DNA of 63,474 nt, filler included, from Globobulimina sp. (GCA_003354225.1; 35 parts of 35 records of this genome joined end to end with filler, not necessarily neighbours in it); one strand, 5' to 3'. Positions 1 through 12,724 are shown, numbered from the whole stretch's first letter. Numbers and translations are program-made. The notes: a model not told the origin generated them from the letters alone.

Positions 1-329
1 TTACTTTTTGAATTTATTCCAATTGCCACACCAAATGGATCATCATTTTTATCCTTTGATTTAGCTTTAAATTCATGAACAGAAAATTGTTTAAATTGCG
101 TTTTAAATATATCATTTTGTAAATGTCTTATTTTTTCGATCCGATCTTCCATTTCTTGTTCATTTGCTTTTACATCATGCGGTATATTGCCATTTAAATG
201 TTCTCTTAATGCACGAAATCGCATTTCAACTTCATGCATTTGACTGAATAAGGCAGTGCTTTGCTCATTATACGGCTGGTTGTGATTTGCAAACGATGCT
301 GCATCCCAATCACTGATATTGTTATTCAT
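1..329 (-). CDS. Hypothetical coiled-coil protein, 3' partial, divergent from DCTN5
   Basis: Manual translation is open from ATG 329 to the window edge: MNNNISDWDAASF...EMEDRIEKIRHLQNDIFKTQF. Confidence 0.5.
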   Translation of the reverse strand, partial: MNNNISDWDAASFANHNQPYNEQSTALFSQMHEVEMRFRALREHLNGNIPHDVKANEQEMEDRIEKIRHLQNDIFKTQFKQFSVHEFKAKSKDKNDDPFGVAIGINSKS

Positions 330-428
330 TGTGCGACCCACAGATTTACGTTGCCATGCTTTCTTGGTTCATTTTACTAAAACTTTTGAGCAAACCTTTG
401 TGAGATACAAATTAAAAATAGTTTAAAA

Positions 429-1228
429 ATGAGTACTTTTGTGGATATCCCATTTGATAAACCAGTGAAAGGTCCAGAACAAAAAGTGGAGCAATCTGCT
501 TTTTTTTTAACAGGATCTCATTCCCGAATTACGCAAAATGGTAAATTTGTAGGATTGAAAAAAATTCAAGTGACTGGCAAATCGATCATTGAGCATAACA
601 CCACAATGAGAGGAGATTTGGCCAAAATAAAAATTGGATATTATGTGGTGATTGGCGAGGGTACAGTTTTAAAACCAGCAGAAAAATTTGGCGACCAATT
701 ATCTTTCATTGATATGACCATTGGCGATTATACAGTGATTGGCAGACACTGTGTGATCAGAGCTTGGCAGATTGGATGTTGTTGTTGGATTGGCGAAGGA
801 TCCGTCATTAACAATAAATGTGTGGTGGAAGATTGTGGCATGGTGTTGGAAAATACTGTGTTAGCACCGGGCACTGTGGTGCCACCATATACTGTGTTTG
901 CAGGCAACCCAGGTATTGAATTGTGCTTTGTTTTCATGATTGTGCTTTCACAAAAACATATGGGATATCCTGGCACATCTAATTGATACATTACATAGGC
1001 CGTTGTGTTGGTAGATTGCCACCGACATTTGATATGATTATGAATGAACATACGCATGCTTTTTATGCTGCATTCAAACCTGAGAAATCAGCAAAGGATT
1101 TAAAAGGGAAAATAGGAAGTCATCGGCAATCAAAAAATTCAAAACAAACGGACTCTCATAGTCACGCTCAGAGACACGCAAAACAAGCGCATCATTCACA
1201 TGCTCCGCGTTCATCTAAACATCAATAA
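429..1228 (+). CDS. DCTN5: Dynactin subunit 5 (p25), left-handed beta-helix; intron 913-998
   Basis: Motifs GKSIIEHNTTMRGDLAKIKIG and TIGDYTVIG, VLAPGTVVPPYTVFAGNPG. A GT..AG intron joins in frame to RCVGRLPPTF. Confidence 0.9.
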
Positions 1229-1252
1229 CTTGCCCTGTGTCTGTACTGTTTC

Positions 1253-1718
1253 GTGTTTTTTGATCTTTTCGTCCCTGGAAAGCTTACCAAGCTTCATATT
1301 AATATAGTAGATGGAATTCCTTATCACATGCCTGTAAGTGCAAGAAAATCTCCAGCCTTGATGGCAGGATTTTCCTGCGATTGGGAAAAAGCAAATGCAC
1401 TGCTTCCCGGGAATGAAGTGCACGCCTTAAAACTTCCCAATGGCAGGGCGGCATTCTTAGTCACAGTCATAGATTACAGAGACACCAGTATTGGAAAGTA
1501 TATTGAATATAGTATAGCCATCGCGTGTACACACGGCAGCAAACCAGCACCTCCGATGCTGAATGCCATGTTGATGAAGACCTATGGAACAGGCCAATAC
1601 ATATTGGACTTGCCTGTAAGCTCAGAAGTATCTGTAAAGGGAGGAAAAGGCATCTGGGGAATGCCCAAGCACAAGGCCAGTCTCAAGTTCGACATATCCG
1701 ACCAGATGGTCATCAGTC
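1253..1718 (+). CDS. Acetoacetate decarboxylase (ADC) family protein, bacterial-like, partial; probably a chimeric join
   Basis: Motifs VIDYRDTSIGKYIEYSIAIAC and LDLPVSSEVSVKGGKGIWGMPK (Schiff-base Lys). Higher GC, no introns. Confidence 0.75.
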
Positions 1719-1818
1719 NNNNNNNNNNNNNNNNNNNNNNNNNNNNNNNNNNNNNNNNNNNNTTAATTAATTAANNNNNNNNNNNNNNNNNNNNNNNNNN
1801 NNNNNNNNNNNNNNNNNN
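1719..1818. other. Artificial contig spacer (44 N + TTAATTAATTAA + 44 N); first of ~34, recurring every ~1.82 kb
   Basis: The same six-frame-stop linker flanked by N runs recurs throughout; contig lengths fall from 1718 to 1715 nt. Confidence 0.98.
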
Positions 1819-2676
1819 GACGACGACGAAGACGACGAAGAAGAGGACGAGGAAGAAAGCAGTGATGCAGAGAGTGAGAGTGAGCGTGAGAGTGAGAGTG
1901 ATAATGATAATGAGAGTGATGAAGTACTGACACCGGACGTCGACGAAGTACTGACACCGATCGAAGTGATAAATAGTGAAAACAAGGAGGTCGACGAAGT
2001 ACTGACACCGATCGAAGATACGCCGGATGCAGTAATATTGGTAGAATCCTTTAAAACAGCAATGACCAATGATAGTGAGGAAAAAGAAGAAAAGGAAGAA
2101 AAGAAAGAAAAGAAAGAAAGAAAAGAAAGAAAAGAGAGACCTCAAAATCTTGGCTTATCAAAGAAAACAATGTCTGTGGAAGAGTTTCTTGCGGTGCCCT
2201 TAACGGAGATATTTATCAATGATAAGACATTGCGCGATGATTTTGATATTGCCAAAAAAATCTGTAAATTTTATGATGGACAATTTGGCGATTTGGATAC
2301 AGTTTGCATGGTGGCAGAAAGCGGCAAACAGCCAGCAATATCTTACTGGGTAAAGGGTGATTATGTGCGCAAACACCGGAATATCGCTGGTAAGCATGTC
2401 TTAGTGTACAGGGCAATTAAACACAGTGAATGTAACCAACCAAAAGTTTCACAACAAGAATTTTCAAAATACGTTCAAAAAATAAGTATGGAACATGAAA
2501 ATAGTTCGGCCAATAAAATTTGTGATTTAATGGATAATAAGTTTGGCGCTGGCTGTCATTATGCACGCTCCACTACAAAAAAGCCGCAATATGATATATA
2601 TTCCAGATTCAGTGATAAATATGACTGTGGATTTAAATTACCGTCTGGTGCTTATATCATTGCATGGAGGAGATAG
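1819..2676 (+). CDS. Acidic repeat protein with two tandem dynein-light-chain-like domains, 5' partial
   Basis: Frame open from contig start; DEVLTP x3. DIAKKICKFYDGQFG and SANKICDLMDNKFGAG resemble the DLC1 motif IA..IK..FD..YG. Confidence 0.5.
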   Translation, partial: DDDEDDEEEDEEESSDAESESERESESDNDNESDEVLTPDVDEVLTPIEVINSENKEVDEVLTPIEDTPDAVILVESFKTAMTNDSEEKEEKEEKKEKKERKERKERPQNLGLSKKTMSVEEFLAVPLTEIFINDKTLRDDFDIAKKICKFYDGQFGDLDTVCMVAESGKQPAISYWVKGDYVRKHRNIAGKHVLVYRAIKHSECNQPKVSQQEFSKYVQKISMEHENSSANKICDLMDNKFGAGCHYARSTTKKPQYDIYSRFSDKYDCGFKLPSGAYIIAWRR

Positions 2677-2961
2677 TCAGATAGAAATACGCCGTAATTT
2701 TTGTTAATATATTTTTACGTTTTAATTCTTTTAGTTGAATACTAGTGTTTGTTGTAAATATAATAATGAATTAATTTTTAGATGTTTGTTTTTTTATTGC
2801 TTAAAAAATAACGCAACAAAAATGTAAACAACTCGTTTTCACAAAAAATAGCAACGACCATAGACAAGTTTTGATGCATTTTGTCAATGTATTACTGTGT
2901 ATAAACAATAATGAAAGCAATAAAAACATGTATACAAAAATTAAAAAAAAATACAAGATAT

Positions 2962-3536
2962 TTATTGTGCAGATTGTGCAGATTGTACAGCTTGTTGAAT
3001 TAACTGTGCTTTTGGACGTAATTGTTTTGAATCTTTTTTTAACCATTTCATTTTTTTACCATATATGACACATAACACATCGCCTTTTATTTCTTTAATA
3101 GTGCCTTCCAACCATAACTTTTTTGATGCACTATAAATATCCACCGTATAACCAATTTTTAATTTTAATTTTACTTTTTGTCTATTTTGTTTTGCTTGTT
3201 CTTCTTTGGCATATAGCGCTTTTAATTGATCATGTGGTGATAATGATGGTTCTTGTTCTTGTTGCTGTTGCTGTTGCTGTTGCTGGCCTTGTTGCTGTTG
3301 GTCTGGTTGTTGTTGTTGGTCCGCAGCATCTGGTGATTGCGCATCGGGATTATCCACTGTCATCATTGGATATATTTGAGGGATATCAAAAGCTATATCA
3401 TCCGCCAATTCATTTGCAAATTGTTCATCCTCATTTTCATCCTGTTCATCTTTCTTTTTTTTAATTTCTATCAAAATGTCCATAAATTTATTCACAATGG
3501 CATTATTTATTATATTTTTTATATCGTTGGGATTTC
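2962..3536 (-). CDS. Protein with polyQ linker and C-terminal Tudor/Agenet-like domain, 5' partial
   Basis: KIGYTVDIYSASKKLWLEGTIKEIKGDVLCVIYG...LRP. Confidence 0.55.
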
Positions 3537-3636
3537 NNNNNNNNNNNNNNNNNNNNNNNNNNNNNNNNNNNNNNNNNNNNTTAATTAATTAANNNNNNNN
3601 NNNNNNNNNNNNNNNNNNNNNNNNNNNNNNNNNNNN

Positions 3637-4107
3637 GGCTGCATTATGGCACCAAATAATATTAAAATGTATCAATTCCCAAGTATGCCCCCAATATTAA
3701 CTGATTTAAAAGAGATATCGATGGAGAATGAGTCTGTTTGCTTGTTGTATCCATCGGAAAAAGCAGTATTTTTGGATGAAATATTAATTGAAAAGTCAAA
3801 AATTAAAAGAATTATTGTTATTGAAAGTAGATGGCGAGGAAATAAACAAATTTATCAACACAAACAATTAAAGCATTTGCGCCATGTAAAAATCAGAAAT
3901 AGAGAAACATTGTATTGGCGGTATCAGGAACTTTCAAAAGAATATTTAGCAACAATTGAAGCAATTTATTATGTGTTGAAAGATTGTTGTTCGTCACATC
4001 AAGCATTGCAATACCAACTTGATGATTTATTAATGTTATTTGCGTGCCAACATCAAAAAATACGTAACAATAACCACCAACACACAAAATCTTTTTGGGA
4101 CAATTGA
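3637..4107 (+). CDS. DTWD1: DTW-domain tRNA-uridine aminocarboxypropyltransferase (DTWD1-like), 5' partial
   Basis: Motifs LLYPS, IVIESRW, RETLYWRYQ, YLATIEAIYY and LDDLLMLF. Confidence 0.8.
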   Translation, partial: GCIMAPNNIKMYQFPSMPPILTDLKEISMENESVCLLYPSEKAVFLDEILIEKSKIKRIIVIESRWRGNKQIYQHKQLKHLRHVKIRNRETLYWRYQELSKEYLATIEAIYYVLKDCCSSHQALQYQLDDLLMLFACQHQKIRNNNHQHTKSFWDN

Positions 4108-4243
4108 ATTATTAATAATATAATTTAAAATTTGATTTGTTTGCAATTGCGCAAAAACGCAGATGTAAATTTAAAATTATGACCAAACAAAAACTAAAAC
4201 AAAAACTAAAACAAAAGAATATAAGGTTATGCTATGTCAGATG

Positions 4244-4648
4244 TTATAATGCATCAAATGAAAATACGCATTCATCTTCGTCTTCGTCTTCTTCTTCATT
4301 TGCAAGTGATGCTTTTGAAGGTAACTGTTGTTTTCTTTTTAATTCCTGAACTTCATCGGGCGTATATTTATGAATAACATCAGCTTTATCATCCTGAAAA
4401 TTTCTCAGTGATATTAAAATTATATCATCCTTGTTTATCCATACTTTTTTTTGCATTTTGCCTCGAATATGACATTTTCGTAATTTACCATCAAAACAAA
4501 ATGCCTCCAATCGACCATTACCTAACATTTTTATAACTTGTGCATATTCTTGACCTGGCTCTTTCAGTATTAATTCACGTTTGTTTTGTTCATTATTGTT
4601 TTTTCCTCTTCGTCGTGATTTGCCTCCTTTTCCTTTGTTTTTTGGCAT
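4244..4648 (-). CDS. EIF1A: Eukaryotic translation initiation factor 1A
   Basis: [10 protein letters not shown]...[23 protein letters not shown]...CHIRGKM, with an acidic tail. Confidence 0.97.
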   Translation of the reverse strand: MPKNKGKGGKSRRRGKNNNEQNKRELILKEPGQEYAQVIKMLGNGRLEAFCFDGKLRKCHIRGKMQKKVWINKDDIILISLRNFQDDKADVIHKYTPDEVQELKRKQQLPSKASLANEEEDEDEDECVFSFDAL

Positions 4649-4752
4649 GCTTTGACTTTTCGAGAAGTAAACAAATTAAAACCTTAAACAAATCAATTAA
4701 ACTTCCTCCAAAAACATTTTTTAAAAACCTTTGCGCCATTTTTTAACATATT

Positions 4753-4792
4753 GTGGCTGCTCAGTAGCACAGGTTCGACTCCTCTGCGCCAC
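4753..4792 (+). other. tRNA-like relic (acceptor-like stem plus T arm only)
   Basis: GTGGC...AGGTTCGACTCCT...GCCAC; no D or anticodon arm. Confidence 0.3.
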
Positions 4793-5454
4793 GGGTATGT
4801 CATGGATCGATTGGTTGATTGCTAAATGTGGACAGGATATGGATCAATGGAATTATGGAAATAGATTGGGCGCCATTATATAAAATATCTAAATATGACA
4901 CATGAATTGGTAAAATATGGTATGCGCACAAAGTGGTACATCAACGATAAAATAAAATTATTTTTACAGTGCAAAAGCTGCTGCGCCAAGAGAAGAAAAG
5001 AAAAGGAAACATTGGCGGTTTTTGTGATTAAAACTTGTTTGCAAGGACTTGTTTTGATAAAAACATTAAAAAATGCTTGTTTTGCGCATAAATGCTGCAT
5101 TTTTTTAAAAATACTTTATAACAGCAGGAAGGAAAATAGGTTATAAATAAAATGTTAAAAGATAACATTTTATTAAGAATGTTAAAAAAGTTTTTTTGTT
5201 GCATGATGAAATATGAAATGTTAATTGGGTCGATAGACCCTCATACCAGTGTTTTTTGAAAATAGATTTGTTTTGTTTTGTTTTCGTCGTTTTACCATAT
5301 TTTTGTACATGAAATCCGAGTTTCAGAAACGTTTTTCAGGAACATTTTCAGAAANNNNNNNNNNNNNNNNNNNNNNNNNNNNNNNNNNNNNNNNNNNNTT
5401 AATTAATTAANNNNNNNNNNNNNNNNNNNNNNNNNNNNNNNNNNNNNNNNNNNN

Positions 5455-6619
5455 AAATAGATCCATATTTTTAGGCTGCAATTCACCAAATTTAATGCAA
5501 GAATTACAGATCATAAAAATCCAAAATTATCCATCAATTAATTTAAAATCATTTCGATTCCTAAAAACATTGAAAATAGATTTAAATCGGTTCAATGAAT
5601 TGGAAATAAACAATCAAATTAATGTTATGAATGAAGTAAACTACATCCAATTAGATGGTGCAGGGAAATCGGACATTGATATTAATGCATTTATGACACA
5701 AAATTTTATAAATGCCAGTAATGTAACAACATTAGAACTTTATCATTTTGGAACAGCTCAAAATCCTTTTAATTCTGCGAAACTCAACACACTTTTAACA
5801 AAATTTCCAAACATACAATATTGTTCATTCAGGTCATGTATCGATATCGACGCAAATAAAATTAGAACAACATGGCCACATTTAAGAGGATTACAACTTA
5901 TTGGATGTCATAGACAAACATTACGATTGCTTAATGCAGTTGGAAATCAGTTGGATTTTTTAGGTTTTTTGCAATTGGACACTTCCGATTATAATTTATG
6001 CAATATTGATTTTTATAGATTACAACAATTGAGATTGTATACACCAACTAACAAATCCATAAATGATATATTAAAAACATCAGTTAATTTAAAAAAAATA
6101 TATATATGTTCAACATTGGGGACTTCATCGGGATTGCTTTCATTTTTAACCGAAAAAGAAACAAAAGAAACAATGATTAAATTGATGGTCACATGTAAAT
6201 ATTTGCAGTATGTTGAATTTAGAGATGATGGTAAATTATTTGAATCGATATTGGTTGGTATTGAAAAAGGATTATTTCAAACTAAAAAACGAAAACGAAA
6301 ACAAATGAAAATAATGATTCATATTCGCGTTGCAGAAAATCAACAATTTGATATAATGGCATTTATGCCAAATATTGGAAATGTAATTCATTGGTTACAA
6401 ATGAGTGAAATCAAGGATTTTATGTTTATTTTAATTTTACAGAATTTGAGCACTGCATTTAATGGAAATGCATTATTGGAAGAATTTAAAAACGTATCGT
6501 TAAATATTAATGTGATTGCTTTATATAACAAATCAAAATTTGTCATTTCAAACAAAAACTGTCAGATAAATGGATATCATGAGACATGGAAATTTAAACT
6601 CAATCAAATGAATTTATAG
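5455..6619 (+). CDS. Hypothetical LRR/RNI-like protein, 5' partial
   Basis: Long ORF with degenerate LxxLxL repeats (FPNIQYCSF, LRGLQL, LQQLRL, LKKIYI). Confidence 0.5.
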
Positions 6620-6801
6620 AATTCTCAAACAAATGACACTCAGACTAAACTACTAAACATTTCATACAGAATCGGACCCTCACTACTAGACTCATGCCAA
6701 CTAACTTTTTTCTGAGAGCTAATACTAAAAACTTCAGTTTCATGGCACTTACCTTTTAGTTTGCCAACTAACAAAAAGAGCTAGCTTATCAACTTCAAAC
6801 A

Positions 6802-7172
6802 ATGGTGCAATTTGACGACCAGGCATCAACACTAATTGAAGCGATTGTGTACATAATAATCGATTTAATTGTGATTGGAATCATTGGATTAAGTATTTGG
6901 ATGGGAATAGCATTATGGTGGAACCATAGAACTCGAAATGAAAAACTAAACCCTGTGTTGGTTTATGTACCATTGGCATATTATTTATTGGCTATAACCG
7001 GCTCAATATTAGCAATCATTTTTGATATTACATTTGAAGACATATATTTAAATATATTTGCAATCTTATTCTCTATCAATCGATTATTATTAGCTTCATT
7101 TTTATTCGCTAGGTTGTATATTTCGTTCAAAATATCTGAAATGTATGCTTTATCTAAAAAAAAAATTACATT
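6802..7172 (+). CDS. Multi-pass (7TM-like) membrane protein, 3' partial
   Basis: Three hydrophobic helices followed by RLYISFK. Confidence 0.55.
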
Positions 7173-7272
7173 NNNNNNNNNNNNNNNNNNNNNNNNNNNN
7201 NNNNNNNNNNNNNNNNTTAATTAATTAANNNNNNNNNNNNNNNNNNNNNNNNNNNNNNNNNNNNNNNNNNNN

Positions 7273-8512
7273 TACACTCAAAGCAACAACTAACTTGATT
7301 CCTGAACAAAACATAATGCACAAACTCAGCAGAAAAACAAACAAATACATACATTTTCTTGACAGCAAATATACAGATTGTATTGGTATATTACCGCCAA
7401 GCTATTTTTATTCAGAACATATATATGAAACAATCATAAAAGAAGAGCATGACTATCAAAATAATAAAAACGCTTTCGACTGGCAATGGAAAAAAACCGA
7501 AACAAACGATGCCTGTAAAATATGGGCCAATCCATTATGTGTATTAAAATTAGTGTTGAATTTTATGATTGAAACATTATGTGTGGCGCCAAATGATATT
7601 AAAAATGAAATTATTTCGTGGTTGTTACAATGTGACAAATTTGAAAAACGATATGAATATCCGATTATCTGTGATGGTATTGGGCAATTTCGTGATTTAC
7701 ATTATACAGAAAATCAAAAGGTCGCCATGAAAATCTCTGGTGATAATATATCAAAATTATATGGTGTTTTAACAACAACTTCTAATTTTACAGAATATCA
7801 TTGGTGTTTTGATTTTATTGTTGGGCCATATTTTGGCAGACAACAACATACAGTTTTACTTGGAATTGGAAATGATTTTTATCATTTTAATTTAAAATTA
7901 GGCTCTGGAAGTTGTATTGATATAAAAGACAAAGAAATTTATGATGATAATATGTATAAATATAAATTTGTGAGATTTGAAAATAATATGTATAAATATA
8001 ATTTTTCAAATGCGGAGTTGAGTGAATTTATATTAGATAAAATGAAAGCAGCATTAAAATATAATATTACTAACCGTATTGAACTAATTGTTAATACTAA
8101 AAATAAAAATATACGCTTTATTGTTAACAATGATATTAATTTTATTTTTGGACCTATTAATTTTGTAACTCTTAATACAAACTTACGTATCAATGCAAGA
8201 TTATATAATCACTGTGATACCATACAAATTAATTCGTTTCGTCAAACTGTTGCCGTTGACCGAGTGTCCTCGGTATTTCACCGCACTATGACTAAAGTTC
8301 CAACTTTAATGTCATCAATTAAAGGACAAACAAATTTGGTTACTGAATTATATGGTTATTGTGCACATTCAAAAGAAACATTTTTGACATGGATATTACC
8401 AGAAATTAAACGGCAGCATGAAAATGAACAAAATACTTTCCATAAAATTCAAAACAATACTTTTTTATCTTTAACGTGTTGGGGTATTATTATGTCATAT
8501 TTGAGTGTATAA
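7273..8512 (+). CDS. Hypothetical protein with SPRY/B30.2-like region, 5' partial
   Basis: 405-aa ORF containing YHWCFDF, VLLGIG and NRIELIVNTKNKNIRFIVN. Confidence 0.45.
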
Positions 8513-9090
8513 ATTTTGTTTTTGGTTTCATTTTTCTTTTTCTTTCCTTCAATTACATTTATTTTATTTTTCTTTATGTTTACGTACATATATTGAATGT
8601 TTTCTATGTGTTACGTATGTTATTGTTCCATTTCTGAACATTTTTCTTTCGTTTACTTTTTATATCTAACTATATATAAATGTTCTTTCTCTCAACTTGT
8701 CTGAATATTAATTCACGGCAAAAACGTCGTGAACGTTATTTGTCATCATGGTCGAATTCACTGTACATTAATATTGAATATATTCAGAACAAATATCGTT
8801 TCCATAGGGTTTTTGCTTTTAGTTAATTTCTTCAATGAACGCTTTGATAATTGAAGAAAAAAAAACTTTAATTTGTCATTTAGAAACATAACATTTTGCT
8901 TTCGTCATGGCACTCAGCGAATTACAAATGCAATCTCAATCCAATGCACAGTCCACAAACTCCTGCCTAGCTCAAGTAGAGCACTGGATANNNNNNNNNN
9001 NNNNNNNNNNNNNNNNNNNNNNNNNNNNNNNNNNTTAATTAATTAANNNNNNNNNNNNNNNNNNNNNNNNNNNNNNNNNNNNNNNNNNNN

Positions 9091-9372
9091 ATTTGATACA
9101 TTTGTGAATGCTCCACCAATATCACCATACGTATACATCTCTGAATTCAACACTGATAAATATGAATTCTCTGCAACTCCGTCAGTATTCGTCAAACCTT
9201 GAAATTGTAAATAAAACATATTTGTTTGACCGATTGCTTTTGTGCTTTGCGCTGCGTCTGTTTCATTATAGAATACAATATTGATCATTCCTACATCTTT
9301 AAATTTTGTCATAATAAACGCCAAAACAATAATATTTTTCACAACATTAATACATGAAAACAATTGTTTCAA
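9091..9372 (-). CDS. Hypothetical protein fragment, 3' partial
   Basis: ORF open to the contig edge; no recognisable motif. Confidence 0.3.
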
Positions 9373-9428
9373 ATTAATCTGACTCTCTTCAAATACTTTT
9401 CTGCATTAAAACATGACACATAACAGAA

Positions 9429-10807
9429 TTATATACTGCTGTATATACAAACAAAACGTAACTCGGCATGATCTGGAAAATATAATGACAAGGTCTTGTC
9501 ATCGAATTTCGGATCTAATCGCCGAGTGCAACACAATGCGCAACACGATATAGGCGCTACAATGCAAAATAATGCCACTAATCCATAATGGGGCGCCACA
9601 TAAATGTGACACATTAATCCCGACGGACAGGCATCGCCCAAATAAAACGAGGTTTCAAAAAAAGCATACAATGACAACATGATATAATATGCAATGCAGG
9701 CCCAGGTTAATAAGGCTATGATGTTCCATGCAAAATAGACCGTTGGTCTTTGTGGAATTCTAATATTCAAACAATTGACTTTTATATATAACGGTTCGTG
9801 GGAGTTGCGTCTCTCACATAAAATCCTGAGAATGCACACAATGCAAAGTAATATCAGACCAACCGACGATGTTAATAAATAGCCGGCATTTTTCATATAT
9901 TGTAGTGTATTGGGAATAGGAAAGGCTGCTTCTATTCTATCAAATGAGTCATACAGACAGGCTGTGCACGTAGCGCCATTTAAGTAGAAGAACATGTTAT
10001 TCATCCAACCCAAGCTCCAAATAAACGTCCCCTCCGTATCCAAATCGATATAGATATCTGCCATAAAGCCATCAACGGTTGATAGCAGAGCCAAACAACA
10101 AACAATTACCACCACCACAATGATCCATAAACCCAACAATCCTGTGTAGAATTTAACATATTATATACTGCGCAGTACACATATTTATATATACAAAATA
10201 TTGTACCTTGAGCTGGGTTCTTCGACGGATGAAGTGCTGTGACTTTGGTTCTTATCGAGTCAATTACAACAAATGAAGCAGATTTTTGGTGCACGTGGCT
10301 AAGAATTGCGTTGTTTGGCGGCTTCAAGTGTGAAATATTGGGTGCTTTTAAATCTTGAATTTCTATTTCAGCTGGTTTTGAATGCGTATTGTCAGATGGT
10401 TTTGCTGCGTCTGGTTTAATATCGTCATAATAAGTAACCGTGCCATGCACGGTCACAGTGGGAGGTGGTCCATAGGGTTGCGGCGGTGACCAGGCCGGGT
10501 CATCATATTCGTTTCCTCTATTTGCTGGAGCTGGAGGTCGGCGATTTGATTTATCGTTTCCTTCTGAAAAGGTATTTTTATGGTGTTTGTGTCGTGATTT
10601 GTTGCTATATATATCGTTCTTGTTGAAATCATCTTTTTTTTGTATATCAGACTTTAAATGATTTTGGGCCGGCACAGCATCTCTATGTGCATGCGTATGG
10701 CGTCTTTGTTTCTTATGAACGTGCTCTCGATTTACTTTATTGAGTCCGTCTGAATGTCTTTTTTTACGGCGCCGAGGCCGTGGTTTTTTTCTGTGATTTT
10801 TGTTTGA
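9429..10807 (-). CDS. Membrane protein: low-complexity N-terminus plus ~4 TM Cys-rich helices; intron 10142-10206; 5' partial
   Basis: A GT..AG intron joins KNPAQG to LLGLWIIVVV in frame. Confidence 0.65.
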
Positions 10808-10907
10808 NNNNNNNNNNNNNNNNNNNNNNNNNNNNNNNNNNNNNNNNNNNNTTAATTAATTAANNNNNNNNNNNNNNNNNNNNNNNNNNNNNNNNNNNNN
10901 NNNNNNN

Positions 10908-12625
10908 ATTGATAGACTGTCTGTAACCATTTCTATATAATCCAATGTGTCAAGATATTGTCCAGTTATTGTTATATTATATGAATCGACATCAACTGGT
11001 AAATTTGAAGTGGTGTTTGAATAAATAATCGGTGATGGTTTAAATGACAACAATAACGTTTCTGTTTCACCTAATTTAAATCTAGAAATTGTGGAGGTTT
11101 GTATATTGAAATAATAAGCTTCCAAATACACATCTACTGTCGTATTTGCTTGATATAATGCCAAATTAACTGGACATTGTAACAATGAATCATTAATAAT
11201 GGTGGCATTCGATAACCAATCACCAATATTACACATAATATAAAAATCAGTATCATTTAAAATGTTTGTTGACGTGAATGAAGATCCGGAAACATTTAAA
11301 GTGACAGAATAGAATCCGGCATCGATATAAAATCTCGAAGGAGACAATGAACCAATTGCAATTCGCGGAATAATCGCAAAATGTAAATCACCGTAATAAT
11401 CAATACCATTGTTGGAAACTTCCAATTTAATGCATTCATTTATAGATAAATCCAATGTAAATATATCATGGCAAATAATGCTGTTGGTCTGTACAAATGT
11501 TGCTGATACGATATGAGTGCCATTTATCCTGCATTTTAGATCTAAAAACTGTACAAAATTGTCGCCCCAAATTGTTAACTCTTGTTCAGTTGATCCTAAT
11601 ATGCTGTCAAAATAATCAAATAATACTGCAGGATATAATGAATGTACATAAGGTCTGGGCAAATACCAAAATGAAACAAAATTGGACGCTTCATTCCCAT
11701 CATAACCAGCAGTGATTGTTAATGATATATTTGTGGTAATATTCATATTTTCTAAGGCTGGCGATTTGCACACAACGTGAGATACATTGGACATTGTTGG
11801 TGTTGTGGTAATATTATAATAATAATACAGAGTATCAAATATAGCCACACATATTATTGGTTCTGCTGCATTCTCAACTTCAAAAACAATATCTGTGGTA
11901 TAACCTGCTTCTTTTACTTCTAAAAACGTTGGTGAGTATGACTTAATATATGGTATTTCAATGTATGTTAAATCAACTTCATCATTAATATCTGTTGGAT
12001 GTGCATAACCGCTGGAATTCACAATTTGCAGTTGATATACACTTAAATTTGTAAGCGCTGCGGCTGGTGGCACGAAACATGAAATTATTGAATGTGATGT
12101 ATAATTAATAATTGGTGTTGTAATTTGCGTTGGATAAAATAAACATCGATGATCGGTATCGAACCCTGATCCATAAACAGTGATGGTTTCACCCGTTATG
12201 CGACGAATAGTGTTCGGTTCTACGTAACCAATGGTTGGTAATGATGCAAATACGTAGGGAATGTATAAAATGTTACTAACTCGAATATTATCGGATAATT
12301 GGATTGAAAGATAGGTATCTTTGTCATTGGAGATAGGCATATTTGGACATATCCATTGTGTGGGTGATAAATATGTTGCATTATATGTTAATGCCTGATT
12401 ATATATACAATATGCGAATAGATAGCGATACATAAACTGTCCCGTAACAATAATTTTATTAATGACTGAATCAATAGCAATGAATGATGGTTGCAAAGAT
12501 GAAATGGTGATTGGATTCCATAATTCTAATTTAACCGTAGTATTTATCCAAAATTCTCCATCCAATGAAATATGCAAAAATAATGTGGATGGTTCCAAAT
12601 AACCATTAAAATAACAAATCATAGN
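10908..12625 (-). CDS. IPT/TIG-repeat surface protein, internal fragment
   Basis: Repeated P.I..L.P, ITV.G.GF, C.F, I.C..P and LEVSNNG.DY units. Confidence 0.8.
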
Positions 12626-12724
12626 NNNNNNNNNNNNNNNNNNNNNNNNNNNNNNNNNNNNNNNNNNNTTAATTAATTAANNNNNNNNNNNNNNNNNNNN
12701 NNNNNNNNNNNNNNNNNNNNNNNN

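Noticed and set aside
1763-1774. Regularly spaced TTAATTAATTAA as a biological repeat or CRISPR-like array
   Set aside because: Always embedded in 44-N runs; it is a synthetic six-frame stop linker.
4895-5146. Integrase H2C2 zinc-finger remnant (..KWY..IKLFLQCKSC)
   Set aside because: Resemblance is too weak and no catalytic core follows.
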